The notes under the pieces were generated by a model. The model saw only the letters and a program-made list of their open reading frames with translations. It made no database searches and was not told the DNA's origin. The position numbers were made by a program, and so were the translations under genes. This document shows, piece by piece, positions 40,831-51,871 of a stretch of 64,000 nucleotides of DNA (position 1 is the first letter of the stretch; the number at the start of each line of letters is the position of its first letter). Source of the DNA: an uncultured bacterium (lineage in GTDB: Bacteria > JAGOEH01); assembly GCA_964632485.1 (NCBI GenBank), contig CAZWDO010000005.1, forward strand, positions 84,249 to 148,248. Reading direction: 5' to 3'.

Positions 40831-42228
40831 TTATGATATAAACACTTTCTGATTAAGGCTGACCAACCCGCCATTGTTGCGATTGTCTGAAATCACCCGG
40901 AATATGCATGCATCGACAATCCGGTTGACAATAATGCTTTCAGCGCCAGCAAATGTCCGCAAACCGATATTCAGGTAATAATTCTTACCACCAGTAAGAA
41001 GACAATCAAACAGCATTTTATATGTTACCACAGTGCCTTCCAATATTTGTTTTTCGATATATTTGTCTTTATCAGGATAAGCAAACCCTGCAATATTTTG
41101 GCCTTTCTCAGTTTTTATCGAATTTGTAAACTGAATAGCATCCAGCGTTACGTTGAAAATAACCTTGTATCGCAGATAATACTTTTCTCCATGAACCAGA
41201 ACATTCACACAGGTACCATCTTCAGTAAGTATTCTAATATCCGAAATACTAACGTCATAATTTCGGTATTCCACAACCGATTTAGAAACAAATTCAGGAA
41301 GGTAATATGGCTTTAACACACTGCCCAAGGCCGGTTTATTGATCAAATCCTCCCTTGTCAGAAAATCGTTCATTTCATTATCTATCTCAGTCTGAAGGAT
41401 TTCACCGGACATTTCATCAAAATTTTCCTTACGCGCAATATTGGAATTGATCTCTTTAATCTCCTCAATTATCGCTGATTGCTGCTCTTTACGAGAATAA
41501 AGCATCTTCTGATAATACATAGTCACCATTTTCGGAGGACCATTGAGAATGCATTCCCCTTTATCCAGCAATATTGCCCTTGTACAGAGTTGGTTTATAG
41601 AGTTTGCATCGTGGCTGGCAAAAAGTATGGTTTTCCCGCTCTTGAAAAACTCCTCCATGCGGGCGTAGCATTTCCGCCTAAAGAGATCATCACCTACTGC
41701 TAATACTTCATCCAATATTAAAATGTCCGGGTTGACATGAACTGATGCCGCAAAGGCTAATCTTGCTTTCATACCGCTTGAATATATTTTTAATGGTTGG
41801 TGAATAAAATCCCCAATGTTAGCAAACTGTATGATACTTTCAATTTGTTCATTAATCTTTTTTTTACCAACTCCTATGACTGAACAATAGAAAAAAATAT
41901 TTTCCAGACCCGTTAATTCTGGATTGAATCCAGAACCTAATTCCAACAAAGCAACCACATTACCGGATACTTCAAGCTTTCCTGAACTCGGTGTCAATAC
42001 TCCGGAAATGATCTTTAAAAGTGTGGATTTACCAGCGCCATTAGTTCCAATTATCCCTAAGATTTCACCTTTGTAAATATTAAGATTAATATTTTTTAAT
42101 GAAAAAAATTCTTTATGATATTTTCGTTTAAATGGATCAATTGATTCATAAAATCTATGCGATTTTTTAGAGAATAATTGATATTTTTTTGAAATCTGAT
42201 TTAATGAAATTACTATTTGTTTATCCAT
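40831..42228 (-). CDS. wzt: Polysaccharide ABC transporter ATPase Wzt with a C-terminal carbohydrate-binding domain
   Basis: GTNGAGKST, YSSGMKARLAF and LDEVLAVGD motifs; Wzt_C-like beta domain. Confidence 0.92.
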   Translation of the reverse strand: MDKQIVISLNQISKKYQLFSKKSHRFYESIDPFKRKYHKEFFSLKNINLNIYKGEILGIIGTNGAGKSTLLKIISGVLTPSSGKLEVSGNVVALLELGSGFNPELTGLENIFFYCSVIGVGKKKINEQIESIIQFANIGDFIHQPLKIYSSGMKARLAFAASVHVNPDILILDEVLAVGDDLFRRKCYARMEEFFKSGKTILFASHDANSINQLCTRAILLDKGECILNGPPKMVTMYYQKMLYSRKEQQSAIIEEIKEINSNIARKENFDEMSGEILQTEIDNEMNDFLTREDLINKPALGSVLKPYYLPEFVSKSVVEYRNYDVSISDIRILTEDGTCVNVLVHGEKYYLRYKVIFNVTLDAIQFTNSIKTEKGQNIAGFAYPDKDKYIEKQILEGTVVTYKMLFDCLLTGGKNYYLNIGLRTFAGAESIIVNRIVDACIFRVISDNRNNGGLVSLNQKVFIS

Positions 42229-42232
42229 TGAA

Positions 42233-43042
42233 TTAAATAACATCTGCAAAATGAGGTCGTAGTTTTGTAAAAACTTTTGTTCCAACAATTAGAAACACTA
42301 TAACCAGTGACCAAAAATAAATCAATAATATAGGTTCATTCCAAAAAGGATTAGAAAATAGCAAACTATCCCTATACCCATTTACAATATAAAACATAGG
42401 ATTATACTTTAAAATAGTTTGAAATTTTTTTGGAAGCATGAATATATTCCAAAATATTGGTGTTAAATAAAACATAATTCTGATGATGATATGTAGTATA
42501 TTAGATAAATCAGGAAAAAATAAGCTTGTAGATGAAATAAAAAGCGATAAACCTAATGTAAACAAAAACATTGAAAAAAAATAATAAATTAATTGCAACC
42601 AAAAAATATTTGGATGAAAACCATGAAATATTAATACTACTATTGTAATTACTAAAAATATCAAATGCATTATGCTTTCTGATATCATTTTAACCAGCGG
42701 TATGACACTTACTCTAAAGTTTACTTGTTTAATTAGATAGGAAAAATTTCTGATTGAACTACAATTTTGTGTGATCGAAATTTGAAAAAAAAGAAATGCA
42801 ATATATCCTGGTAACATATACGTAATAAAAGGAACTTCCAAATGTTTACCTGCTCTTAAGCCAAAACTAAAGATAAACCAAAAGACTATAATTGAGGCAA
42901 ACGGTTCTATTATTGCCCAAGTAAGTCCGAATTTGTTAGAAGCATATTTTTGTTTGAAATCTCGTTTTATCAGTTCAACAATCAAACCTCTATTATTCAT
43001 TAAATGATGAAAAAAAGTATAAAATTTTTTTAATAAAGCCAT
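42233..43042 (-). CDS. wzm: Polysaccharide ABC transporter permease Wzm
   Basis: RDFKQKY...GLTW, YLTPIFW, NPMFYIVNGYR and FADVI motifs. Confidence 0.92.
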   Translation of the reverse strand: MALLKKFYTFFHHLMNNRGLIVELIKRDFKQKYASNKFGLTWAIIEPFASIIVFWFIFSFGLRAGKHLEVPFITYMLPGYIAFLFFQISITQNCSSIRNFSYLIKQVNFRVSVIPLVKMISESIMHLIFLVITIVVLIFHGFHPNIFWLQLIYYFFSMFLFTLGLSLFISSTSLFFPDLSNILHIIIRIMFYLTPIFWNIFMLPKKFQTILKYNPMFYIVNGYRDSLLFSNPFWNEPILLIYFWSLVIVFLIVGTKVFTKLRPHFADVI

Positions 43043-43369
43043 ATTTCTTCTTAATTCAAAAATTAACCTAAATTAGCATAGAAAGAAAATTGAGAAAGCT
43101 TCCCTTTATATTAGGGAAGACGATCAAATTTTACAGAAATATAGGTATAACGTGAATAAACACTTAAGCAACCAGAAATTAGCGATGAGTTTTATAGAAA
43201 AAATTCCTCAGCGCCACCCAAAGTATTGCCTTTCTTTTACATAATGGTAGATCCGCTACAAAGCAACAGGGAGCGTTGGGGACGCTGAGAGCATAAAATG
43301 ATCATACGGTTTCTATCAAACACCTATTAAGTGCATTGGCTCCTATTCCCGGGATAAACGCGCCATTTC

Positions 43370-45553
43370 TTATAGGGATAAAGCTTCTTCTATTTCAGTG
43401 AACTCTGTCTGAGTTTCATAACCGACATATCCAACATATTCTATTTCTGAAATCGGCTTTATTAGTTTAGATCTCAAAATCATACCGTTTATTGTCGCAG
43501 TTACTACTTGTTCCTTCAAATCAATTTCAAGTACAATATAAAAAATCCCGTTTGTATTTAAATCGACATACTTTTTAGTTTGTACTTTCACGACATTGCC
43601 GCCGAGCTGATACGTACGAGCGCCAATCCATACGCCTACTTCTATTGTCTTCCCAGCGCTTGTAAATGCCTGGATAAATCCATTACGTTTGCCTGTCAGT
43701 TGATGGGCTTTGAGCTTGACTTTAAAAACGGCTTTATCTGTATATTTTTTGTGTGTTTCTCTCATTGCCTGAAAATGAGTACTATCCGCTTTGAGAACAT
43801 AACCTATTCCACCGATTTCCATCTCTCCATTGAGCACTTCATATTGTTCATTTTTTTTTGTTTCAGATGTAGTTTGTTTAGTATACTTCAAACGTATCCG
43901 CTCCTCTGCCGTTGGGAGACCACCCCATAGAATATTCGATTGATGAATTCCTTTATTTTGTAAAGCTAATATTGTCAATTCATATTCTTTCATACTCACG
44001 CCGGAAAAAATTGGAAACAATGTGCCGGTTGTTTTATCTGCCTGTAATATTGTCCATGGGGCATCCATTGTTTCACCCCGCCATTGTAATGCATATTCAA
44101 ATTGCTGTAACTGGCCATTTTTTTTATCTATCCCAAAAAGAAAAACAGGTTGACTCATAGATAGCCCTATTTCAAAATAATTTTTATAATTAAAATACTC
44201 GGCTGACGGTGTATAAAAAAAACCACTAATATCCTTACGTTTTAAGGCATATTTTAATAAGCCACTTGATAACTTCCATTGATACTCTATATACTCCTTA
44301 TTATCAGCATTTGAAATTCCCTTTACTCCGAAAATAACAATTTGAGAATGGGGAGGAAATTCTTTTTTGGCAAGTTCATTCCTGATAATGGAGAAATCTA
44401 TATTTATTAGAGAGTACATTTTATCAAGATTGTAATACCTTAAAACACCAGAAAAAATGATTACGATAATAAATACAGGAATATGCAGCTTGAATTTAGT
44501 TCGAGAAAATGAATACAAAATTATATATATAGAAAATACAAAAATCGCGTTTAATCCAAACGAAGAAATATACACAAGTCGTGGGGTATAAAAAGGACTT
44601 ATAAAAATAAAGGCAAAAATATTAAAAACAGCCCAGGCTATAAAAAAAATATAAAGAAAAAGCCTTTGTGTAAAAAATGTATTATCGCTTTGTTTCAAAA
44701 ATAGAATAAAGCCGGTTGAAATCAATACAGAAAAAATTAATACAATATATTCAGGAGATATGTTTGGAAAAGGCAGGCTCCATTGAAAATAAAACAAAAA
44801 ACGATTAACTATTTCATTTAGGGGTATAAAGTAAACTTTTGCTGAGTTCCGCGGATTAATTATAGCGCGTATTAATTGTGGAATAGCAGTCAAAGTAAAT
44901 AATGACATCAGAAGAATACTTTTTCTAGCAAATTTTTTATATCCCCAAAATGCCAGACCAAAAGAAGGAAGTAAAAATAATGCCTGCTCCATGAGTTGCG
45001 TGGAAATAAAAAAGCACAGACTGGCCGCCGCTAACCTAATCCAGTTTTTTGAAGTTTCTTTTTCTAAATATTGAAACCCTATAATTAACGATACAAGCGC
45101 CGGTAAAAGCCCCCAGAGCACATACGACATATTAATTCCGGCAGGGATTTGCCTCTGCATTGGCAATATATTGGGAAGAACGGCCGCAGTAAACGCCGTC
45201 ATCCGGGAAAATCCGAATCTATTCTTTAGGAAATAATAAAAGCAACAGGATATGGGAACCATTAGAAAAACAGTATATAAAAAGCGGGCAAGATTCAGCG
45301 AATATACCATCAAATTCCATGCTAACCATTCTGTAAATGGACTTAATAAACTGAACTTCATCATCCACCAGGGAAATTTCCCATTTAAGACTTCGGTGTA
45401 CATGATCGGATCATCACCTAAAAGAATGTCAAGACCAAAAATGGCTTTGAGATTAAACAAAATTACCGTAAAGGCTATTCCCAGATAAACAAAACCAGAC
45501 TGAATACCCTCTTGAGATAATAAACGTTTTGCGAAACTTTCGCTTAATTTCAA
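43370..45553 (-). CDS. Multi-TM membrane protein (GT-C-like) with a periplasmic C-terminus
   Basis: GDD after TM1; about 11 TM segments; C-terminal domain paralogous to lipoprotein 29621. Confidence 0.55.
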   Translation of the reverse strand: MKLSESFAKRLLSQEGIQSGFVYLGIAFTVILFNLKAIFGLDILLGDDPIMYTEVLNGKFPWWMMKFSLLSPFTEWLAWNLMVYSLNLARFLYTVFLMVPISCCFYYFLKNRFGFSRMTAFTAAVLPNILPMQRQIPAGINMSYVLWGLLPALVSLIIGFQYLEKETSKNWIRLAAASLCFFISTQLMEQALFLLPSFGLAFWGYKKFARKSILLMSLFTLTAIPQLIRAIINPRNSAKVYFIPLNEIVNRFLFYFQWSLPFPNISPEYIVLIFSVLISTGFILFLKQSDNTFFTQRLFLYIFFIAWAVFNIFAFIFISPFYTPRLVYISSFGLNAIFVFSIYIILYSFSRTKFKLHIPVFIIVIIFSGVLRYYNLDKMYSLINIDFSIIRNELAKKEFPPHSQIVIFGVKGISNADNKEYIEYQWKLSSGLLKYALKRKDISGFFYTPSAEYFNYKNYFEIGLSMSQPVFLFGIDKKNGQLQQFEYALQWRGETMDAPWTILQADKTTGTLFPIFSGVSMKEYELTILALQNKGIHQSNILWGGLPTAEERIRLKYTKQTTSETKKNEQYEVLNGEMEIGGIGYVLKADSTHFQAMRETHKKYTDKAVFKVKLKAHQLTGKRNGFIQAFTSAGKTIEVGVWIGARTYQLGGNVVKVQTKKYVDLNTNGIFYIVLEIDLKEQVVTATINGMILRSKLIKPISEIEYVGYVGYETQTEFTEIEEALSL

Positions 45554-45638
45554 CTTTTTATCCTCTTCTTTTGGCGATAATTCGTAAAAATTTTCACGCT
45601 ATTCTTTCTTTTCAAAAATGAATTCTTCAGAAATTAGA

Positions 45639-46586
<948 letters not shown>

Positions 46587-46636
46587 TTATCCTGACTTTT
46601 TTGATATTATATTTGTTGATAGGTTAAGAATCAGAA

Positions 46637-47323
46637 TTATTTTTTAGATCTTCGTTGATCTAAAACTGTTTTTATTACTTGCAGATAATCAGTTTGGGAT
46701 TGCTTTTCCCGATGGGTTAAATTGTCTCTATGAATTCGCCGTCTCATGACAATCTGATTGAGAATTCCAGATTTTAATTCAAGTTCCCGCGAGCGAGCAT
46801 ACCACGCAATAAATTCACCCATTTTTAGATCAGTCCTGAACAATCCAACCCGATCGAAAGACTTTCGTTTAATGAGCATTGCGCCAACGTGAACTCCGTT
46901 CATGACATGCCGATTATCAGGTAAAAAGGGATGCTGTTCCATCGGAATATCAGGACTAATGAACTGCTCAATTTGACCAAATACCATATCCTGATTCGGA
47001 TGATCCTCCAAATATCGGAATTGGGCGGATAATTTTCCCGGAGTCCAAATATCGTCAGCATCCAGAAATGCAAGCCAGTCACCCCGAGAATTTGTAACCC
47101 CAGTATTTCGCGCATATCCTGGTCCTTGATGGTCCTGCCTAAAAAAACGAACTGTCGAGTCGGATTCAATCCGATCCATTCCGCCATCAGTCGATCCATC
47201 ATCTACTACAATGATTTCAATCGGGAAATAATCTTGATTCTGAATGCTTAACAAGGCATCCATAACGTACTTTACCGCATTATATAGCGGAATAATCACA
47301 CTGATCAATGGACTCAACGACAA
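46637..47323 (-). CDS. Glycosyltransferase family 2
   Basis: VIIPLYN, DDGSTD, FLDADD and RRRIH motifs. Confidence 0.9.
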   Translation of the reverse strand: MSLSPLISVIIPLYNAVKYVMDALLSIQNQDYFPIEIIVVDDGSTDGGMDRIESDSTVRFFRQDHQGPGYARNTGVTNSRGDWLAFLDADDIWTPGKLSAQFRYLEDHPNQDMVFGQIEQFISPDIPMEQHPFLPDNRHVMNGVHVGAMLIKRKSFDRVGLFRTDLKMGEFIAWYARSRELELKSGILNQIVMRRRIHRDNLTHREKQSQTDYLQVIKTVLDQRRSKK

Positions 47324-48189
47324 TTAACCCGTGTAAAAAAAGTCTTATAAAATTCCGATAGGGAATCTTTAACAATATAGTAATATTGGCGAATTCTCAA
47401 GTTACGTTCCGGGCAGGCCAGCTTGATAAAACGAATTCGAATCAGAGGATTGGAATAATTCTTGTGTGAAAAATAACTGCGCAAGCGTTCAAAGTATGAT
47501 TTTCCCCTGAACCCACGGAAACCGGATGGTTCCTGATGAGTCCACACCTTTATCTCATCCGAGCACAACAAACTAAATCCCCGATAATGGGCGCGGATAG
47601 AAAACTCGAAATCTGCCTGGTAGTGAGGCAATCGCTCCGGATAAAAACCGCCCAGTTCCACGAAATCCCTGGCCTTAATCCATAATCCCCGCCCGGAAAG
47701 ACAATTGATCCGACAGACTGATTCAATATGATGGACAGGCTGATACAGTTTCAGTTTTTGCCAGTCTACATACCCCCCCATGTCTAAAGGTTGATTGGTC
47801 TCCAAATCATAACAGGCCGATTGAATCAGGGTCTTATCGCTATCTTTTATCAGATGATACCCCTTAAACAAATAATCCTTTTCAAAAACAACATCATCGT
47901 TGATTAAAAGAACGATATCATTTAGGATTTCATTTTCTCTTTTTTTCAGCCATTGATATCCATATTCCATGGCTCCCGACCACCACCAGTGATTTTGACC
48001 GGTATTACGGATAATTATGGTCTGATTCAGAGCTGATTTTACCATTTCAGCCGTTCCATCGATGGATGCATCATCCAGTAGCAATAACCGATAATCCGAG
48101 AAGCTTTGTTCGAGCAGTCTCTCCATAAAACGCTGTGTCAGACGAATCCGATTATGGACCGGCAGCAGGATATAAATTACGTGCCTCAT
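47314..48189 (-). CDS. Glycosyltransferase family 2
   Basis: LPVHNR, DDASIDGT, WWSG, INDD and PHYQAD motifs. Confidence 0.88.
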   Translation of the reverse strand: MRHVIYILLPVHNRIRLTQRFMERLLEQSFSDYRLLLLDDASIDGTAEMVKSALNQTIIIRNTGQNHWWWSGAMEYGYQWLKKRENEILNDIVLLINDDVVFEKDYLFKGYHLIKDSDKTLIQSACYDLETNQPLDMGGYVDWQKLKLYQPVHHIESVCRINCLSGRGLWIKARDFVELGGFYPERLPHYQADFEFSIRAHYRGFSLLCSDEIKVWTHQEPSGFRGFRGKSYFERLRSYFSHKNYSNPLIRIRFIKLACPERNLRIRQYYYIVKDSLSEFYKTFFTRVNCR

Positions 48190-48962
48190 TTAACCTGTTT
48201 TTTTCGATCGATAGACCGCTTCAATGCCAAAAGCAGCTCAGCATTGTTTTGGATATAATTCAAGGAGGTGTTCTGATCATGGACTCGCTTATGCAATAAT
48301 ACTTTTTCAACCAAATGACAATGCAGTTTCGCATCCTGTGCGCGCGCAAACCAATCCGCATCTGAAGCTATCGCCATAGCTGTATCAAAAAAACCGATGC
48401 GATTGAAAACATTCCTTTTAACCATCAGGGTTTCCATGAATTTCCCGATATGGTGAGAATTCAGTAACTCTTTTCGGAAAGCGGGTGAGGGTTTACTGTT
48501 CGAATCCATAAAATAATCGAACCAGGTGATACTATAATCCAGTTCGGAATCGTCCAGAAATTGCTGAAACTGAATTTGAAGCTTATCAGCCTCCCAGACA
48601 TCATCATGTGAGATAAACGCTAAATATTTAGCGGTTGCGGATTGGATACCCAGGTTATAGGCCTCAGAAATCCCTTGTCCTGGTTGAACTATCCAGGTAA
48701 CCCCGGGGAATGAACAGGCGATCGATGAAGTTGCGTCGGTGGAATGACCATCGACAACCAGAATTTCATGAGGCTGGGCATCCTGATTCTTGATGCTTTC
48801 AATGGCTTGCCGGATATAGCGTTCACCGTTTTTTACAACCAGTATTACGCTGACCGGACAATCTGATATCATAATTATTGAATTCTCTTTTTTCTCACGA
48901 AAATTTTGGGGATATGAAGGAATAACCGAAACGCTCGTTTGGCTGTTTTCCGTATTATCCAC
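48186..48962 (-). CDS. Glycosyltransferase family 2
   Basis: VVKNGERY, DGHSTD, SHDD and KRVH motifs; true start may be ~48875. Confidence 0.88.
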   Translation of the reverse strand: MDNTENSQTSVSVIPSYPQNFREKKENSIIMISDCPVSVILVVKNGERYIRQAIESIKNQDAQPHEILVVDGHSTDATSSIACSFPGVTWIVQPGQGISEAYNLGIQSATAKYLAFISHDDVWEADKLQIQFQQFLDDSELDYSITWFDYFMDSNSKPSPAFRKELLNSHHIGKFMETLMVKRNVFNRIGFFDTAMAIASDADWFARAQDAKLHCHLVEKVLLHKRVHDQNTSLNYIQNNAELLLALKRSIDRKKQVK

Positions 48963-50083
48963 ATGGCAAAGTTTAAAAAACTGGTCTGAGCGGACACATA
49001 ATAGGCGAACGTAAACAGTCCAAGTGGGAAAAAAGGCACTTTGCGCAGATGAGGATCATCCATCTGACCGCGATATCGAAAATAGCGGTTGATCATGTGC
49101 AAGGCATCTCCGAAAGAAGTTACCGGACGGGTTCTGATCTTCCACTCCCATAGCATATATCGCTTGACAGGAAGCCTGGAAAGCTTGTCCAGAAAAGCGA
49201 CCGGGATGTTTCTATAAAATGTCTCATACAAATAAGTCAATGATTTATAAAGAATCAGATTCAGGCTGTATTTTTGGGCTACATATACAATACGGTCCCA
49301 ATCGATAGTATCTCCCGATTTATCAATGATCATGATAGCATCCGCGATCCAGCGGACAGGAGGAACGACATTGCCGCTAATGCCATGGGCGCAGATATGG
49401 ATAATCTGATCGGAAGCATTCAGCGTCTTAGTTTTAATACCGAAGACGACCAGATCATCAGCGCCATTCCAGAAAAAATCATTCGCTTCCAATGTCAGGC
49501 ATTCATACATGGTATGCCAGTGAAGATCAACGTTCTGCTTGGCTGGATTGATAAATCCCCATGAATGTTGGATATTCAAGAAAGATTCCGATAGTCGTGA
49601 TTTAGATAAAATGACCGGATAAAAGCCATTTGTCCGCAGGAGATTAATTGCTTCCCGCCGATGCCGGATTGGTACCAGAATATCAAAATCCTGCATGGAA
49701 CGCAATCCCAAATCCTGATAGTAGCGCAATGCCAGGGCCGCGCCTTTCAGCACCAGGGTTTTAATTCCTTGATTTTCAAAAAGATGCAGAATATGCTTTG
49801 AGGTGATGAACAAAAAATTATTCTTGACCCAGGTCTGCTTGTAAATACCTTTCAGCTTTCCAAGTAAAGGGTCATTGATTCCATTCTTCTTGAGACTGTT
49901 GTACAGCAAGGGCAACAGCCGATATGAACCCGGATCAATATCGGTTTCAAAATTTACCGTTTTTTTCCAGTCATTGAAGGCATGAAACTGAGCATCGTTT
50001 TGCCCAAAGATCGCCCGCAGCAGCAGGAGTTGCTGATGAGAGGGGAAAGCGCCAGTCCGCTCGTATTTCAAAGTTTTGATCAT
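48875..50083 (-). CDS. Nucleotidyltransferase (NTP_transf_5 family)
   Basis: LVLKGAAL, RSMQDFDILV, VDLHWH and RWIADA motifs. Confidence 0.85.
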   Translation of the reverse strand: MIKTLKYERTGAFPSHQQLLLLRAIFGQNDAQFHAFNDWKKTVNFETDIDPGSYRLLPLLYNSLKKNGINDPLLGKLKGIYKQTWVKNNFLFITSKHILHLFENQGIKTLVLKGAALALRYYQDLGLRSMQDFDILVPIRHRREAINLLRTNGFYPVILSKSRLSESFLNIQHSWGFINPAKQNVDLHWHTMYECLTLEANDFFWNGADDLVVFGIKTKTLNASDQIIHICAHGISGNVVPPVRWIADAIMIIDKSGDTIDWDRIVYVAQKYSLNLILYKSLTYLYETFYRNIPVAFLDKLSRLPVKRYMLWEWKIRTRPVTSFGDALHMINRYFRYRGQMDDPHLRKVPFFPLGLFTFAYYVSAQTSFLNFAMWIIRKTAKRAFRLFLHIPKIFVRKKRIQ

Positions 50084-50086
50084 GCT

Positions 50087-51139
50087 TCACAATCCAATGA
50101 TAAAATTTCTAATGCTTGCTCCGATTTCACGGGGAGAATTGCTGAGATTGACCCAATATGATTTGACTTTTTTCACGAAATCCGCCATTATCACCAGTTC
50201 GGACTGACCGGCAAACGGCAACTGAAAGATGGTAGTAACAGCCAATGCCTGCAAGGTTTCGCTGGTACCCGCCCGCGAAAAAGTTGTCACATCCGAATGA
50301 GTGATGCGGGGCAATAAAATTGCTTTAACCGGCAGTTCTTTTACAAGTCGGGACGGGTATAATTTCTGGATGCTCAAAATAATTTTATCCTGATCCGACA
50401 CCGGATCGGGATTCAGTTCAGGAAAATTATCAAGTAACGGATATGAGAGATTGCGTTTCAGCTTGATGGAATTATAGACACTAAAGACCCTGGGTGGGTG
50501 ATCCGTGCGCAGCAGACAATAATCATCCCCCAGGTAGCTCATGTTTTCCATTACACACGACATAGCAGCGCTGGATTTTCCGCTGCCACCCTTGCCAACC
50601 AATAAAACCGCTTTACCTTCAACCCCGACTGCCGCCGCATGAACCATCTGGTATCCTCTCGGGTGAAGCCACCATTGGAAAATCGGCCGAAAAGGAGCTG
50701 CTTTCTCATAGCTGGGATATCGAGAGGGATTGGGGATCCATTGGATGGCCGATTGGGCAAGTTGATTGTAAATGCTCAACAATCCATTCTCCTGCAGGTA
50801 AGAAATTCTGCAGTTTTCATCCACAAAATCTTTGATTTCTCCGCGGGATTTATAATAATCGGAACTCCACGGCAATCTCCCAATTTTCATCCCCGTTGAA
50901 AACGAATCCCACAAATAGATGGTAAAATCCGCCGAAGTTTGGGTTCCAGTAGTCAACAAATGTTCCAAGGATGGAATAATCGATGACACAAGGGATTCAC
51001 CGGCAAAACAAAGCCTGATCGTAAAATCATGTATCCTCAACGTATAATCAATGGATTCCGAACCATTGTTAGTGGCTCGGAAATATTTATCTATTAATTG
51101 ATGATAGAATTCAATGGGAGAAATCATATTTAAAATCAT
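50087..51139 (-). CDS. HPr kinase-related P-loop kinase
   Basis: HAAAV, LLVGKGGSGKSS and YLGDDY motifs. Confidence 0.85.
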   Translation of the reverse strand: MILNMISPIEFYHQLIDKYFRATNNGSESIDYTLRIHDFTIRLCFAGESLVSSIIPSLEHLLTTGTQTSADFTIYLWDSFSTGMKIGRLPWSSDYYKSRGEIKDFVDENCRISYLQENGLLSIYNQLAQSAIQWIPNPSRYPSYEKAAPFRPIFQWWLHPRGYQMVHAAAVGVEGKAVLLVGKGGSGKSSAAMSCVMENMSYLGDDYCLLRTDHPPRVFSVYNSIKLKRNLSYPLLDNFPELNPDPVSDQDKIILSIQKLYPSRLVKELPVKAILLPRITHSDVTTFSRAGTSETLQALAVTTIFQLPFAGQSELVIMADFVKKVKSYWVNLSNSPREIGASIRNFIIGL

Positions 51140-51607
51140 TCAGTTTTGTTCAAGGGTCGAATTTGGCCACCCCTCTTCATTAACATCATGAATTGGATCC
51201 AACAATAAAAGATCCTGCATATCCGTATAGCGGTTCAGCTTTAAGCCATTCCATTTTGAGGGGTTATCAATTTCCAGTCCTTCAATGGCAGTTTTATACG
51301 AGATGGGACTAAAATTGACTTTATCCTCTGTAATTGATAGCAATCCTTCGCTGTGAAGAATTGCGAGAAAATCTAAAATTTCTTTTCGGATTTGTATGGA
51401 ATTTTCATTATAACGTTCAGTTATCAGACTGATCATCTGATCAACTGAACAATGAGAGTCAATCATCTTCCATAATGCAATTCCTAATCCTTCAATATTG
51501 TAATATACACCGCTCTCTAAATTAATAATGACGATTTCATTATCCATAACCTGATAGATCACTGAAGGACTATTAATCCTATAATTGCGCGGACTATTTT
51601 TTTCCAT
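51140..51607 (-). CDS. PqqD/RRE-family protein with a C-terminal peptide extension
   Basis: DNEIVIINLESGVYYNI...LWKMI...FLAILHSEGLL RRE pattern; tail RYTDMQDLLLLDPIHDVNEEGWP. Confidence 0.85.
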   Translation of the reverse strand: MEKNSPRNYRINSPSVIYQVMDNEIVIINLESGVYYNIEGLGIALWKMIDSHCSVDQMISLITERYNENSIQIRKEILDFLAILHSEGLLSITEDKVNFSPISYKTAIEGLEIDNPSKWNGLKLNRYTDMQDLLLLDPIHDVNEEGWPNSTLEQN

Positions 51608-51871
51608 AATCATTCCTTTAGGGATTAGTTATTTATAGCGCTCAGCTTCAGATGATTTTCATCATTTAAATTTATTGAATCAGTACCTGACCAACGCATG
51701 ATTCCCAATTACTACAAAGATCAAAATTATTCAACTGTTTACTGAAAATTAAGCAGGTATTTTCAAATGGCTTAAAAGCGCCAGTTTTCTGCCCTATTTC
51801 CACAATAAAAACTTCAAGAATTATTAATACCCCTTCAGCGCCAGAGGCGCTTCTCTGATAAAATTCAATCT

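Noticed and set aside
43207-43289. Imperfect inverted repeat or ops/JUMPstart-like element upstream of wzm
   Set aside because: Poor match to GGCGGTAG and an imperfect stem.
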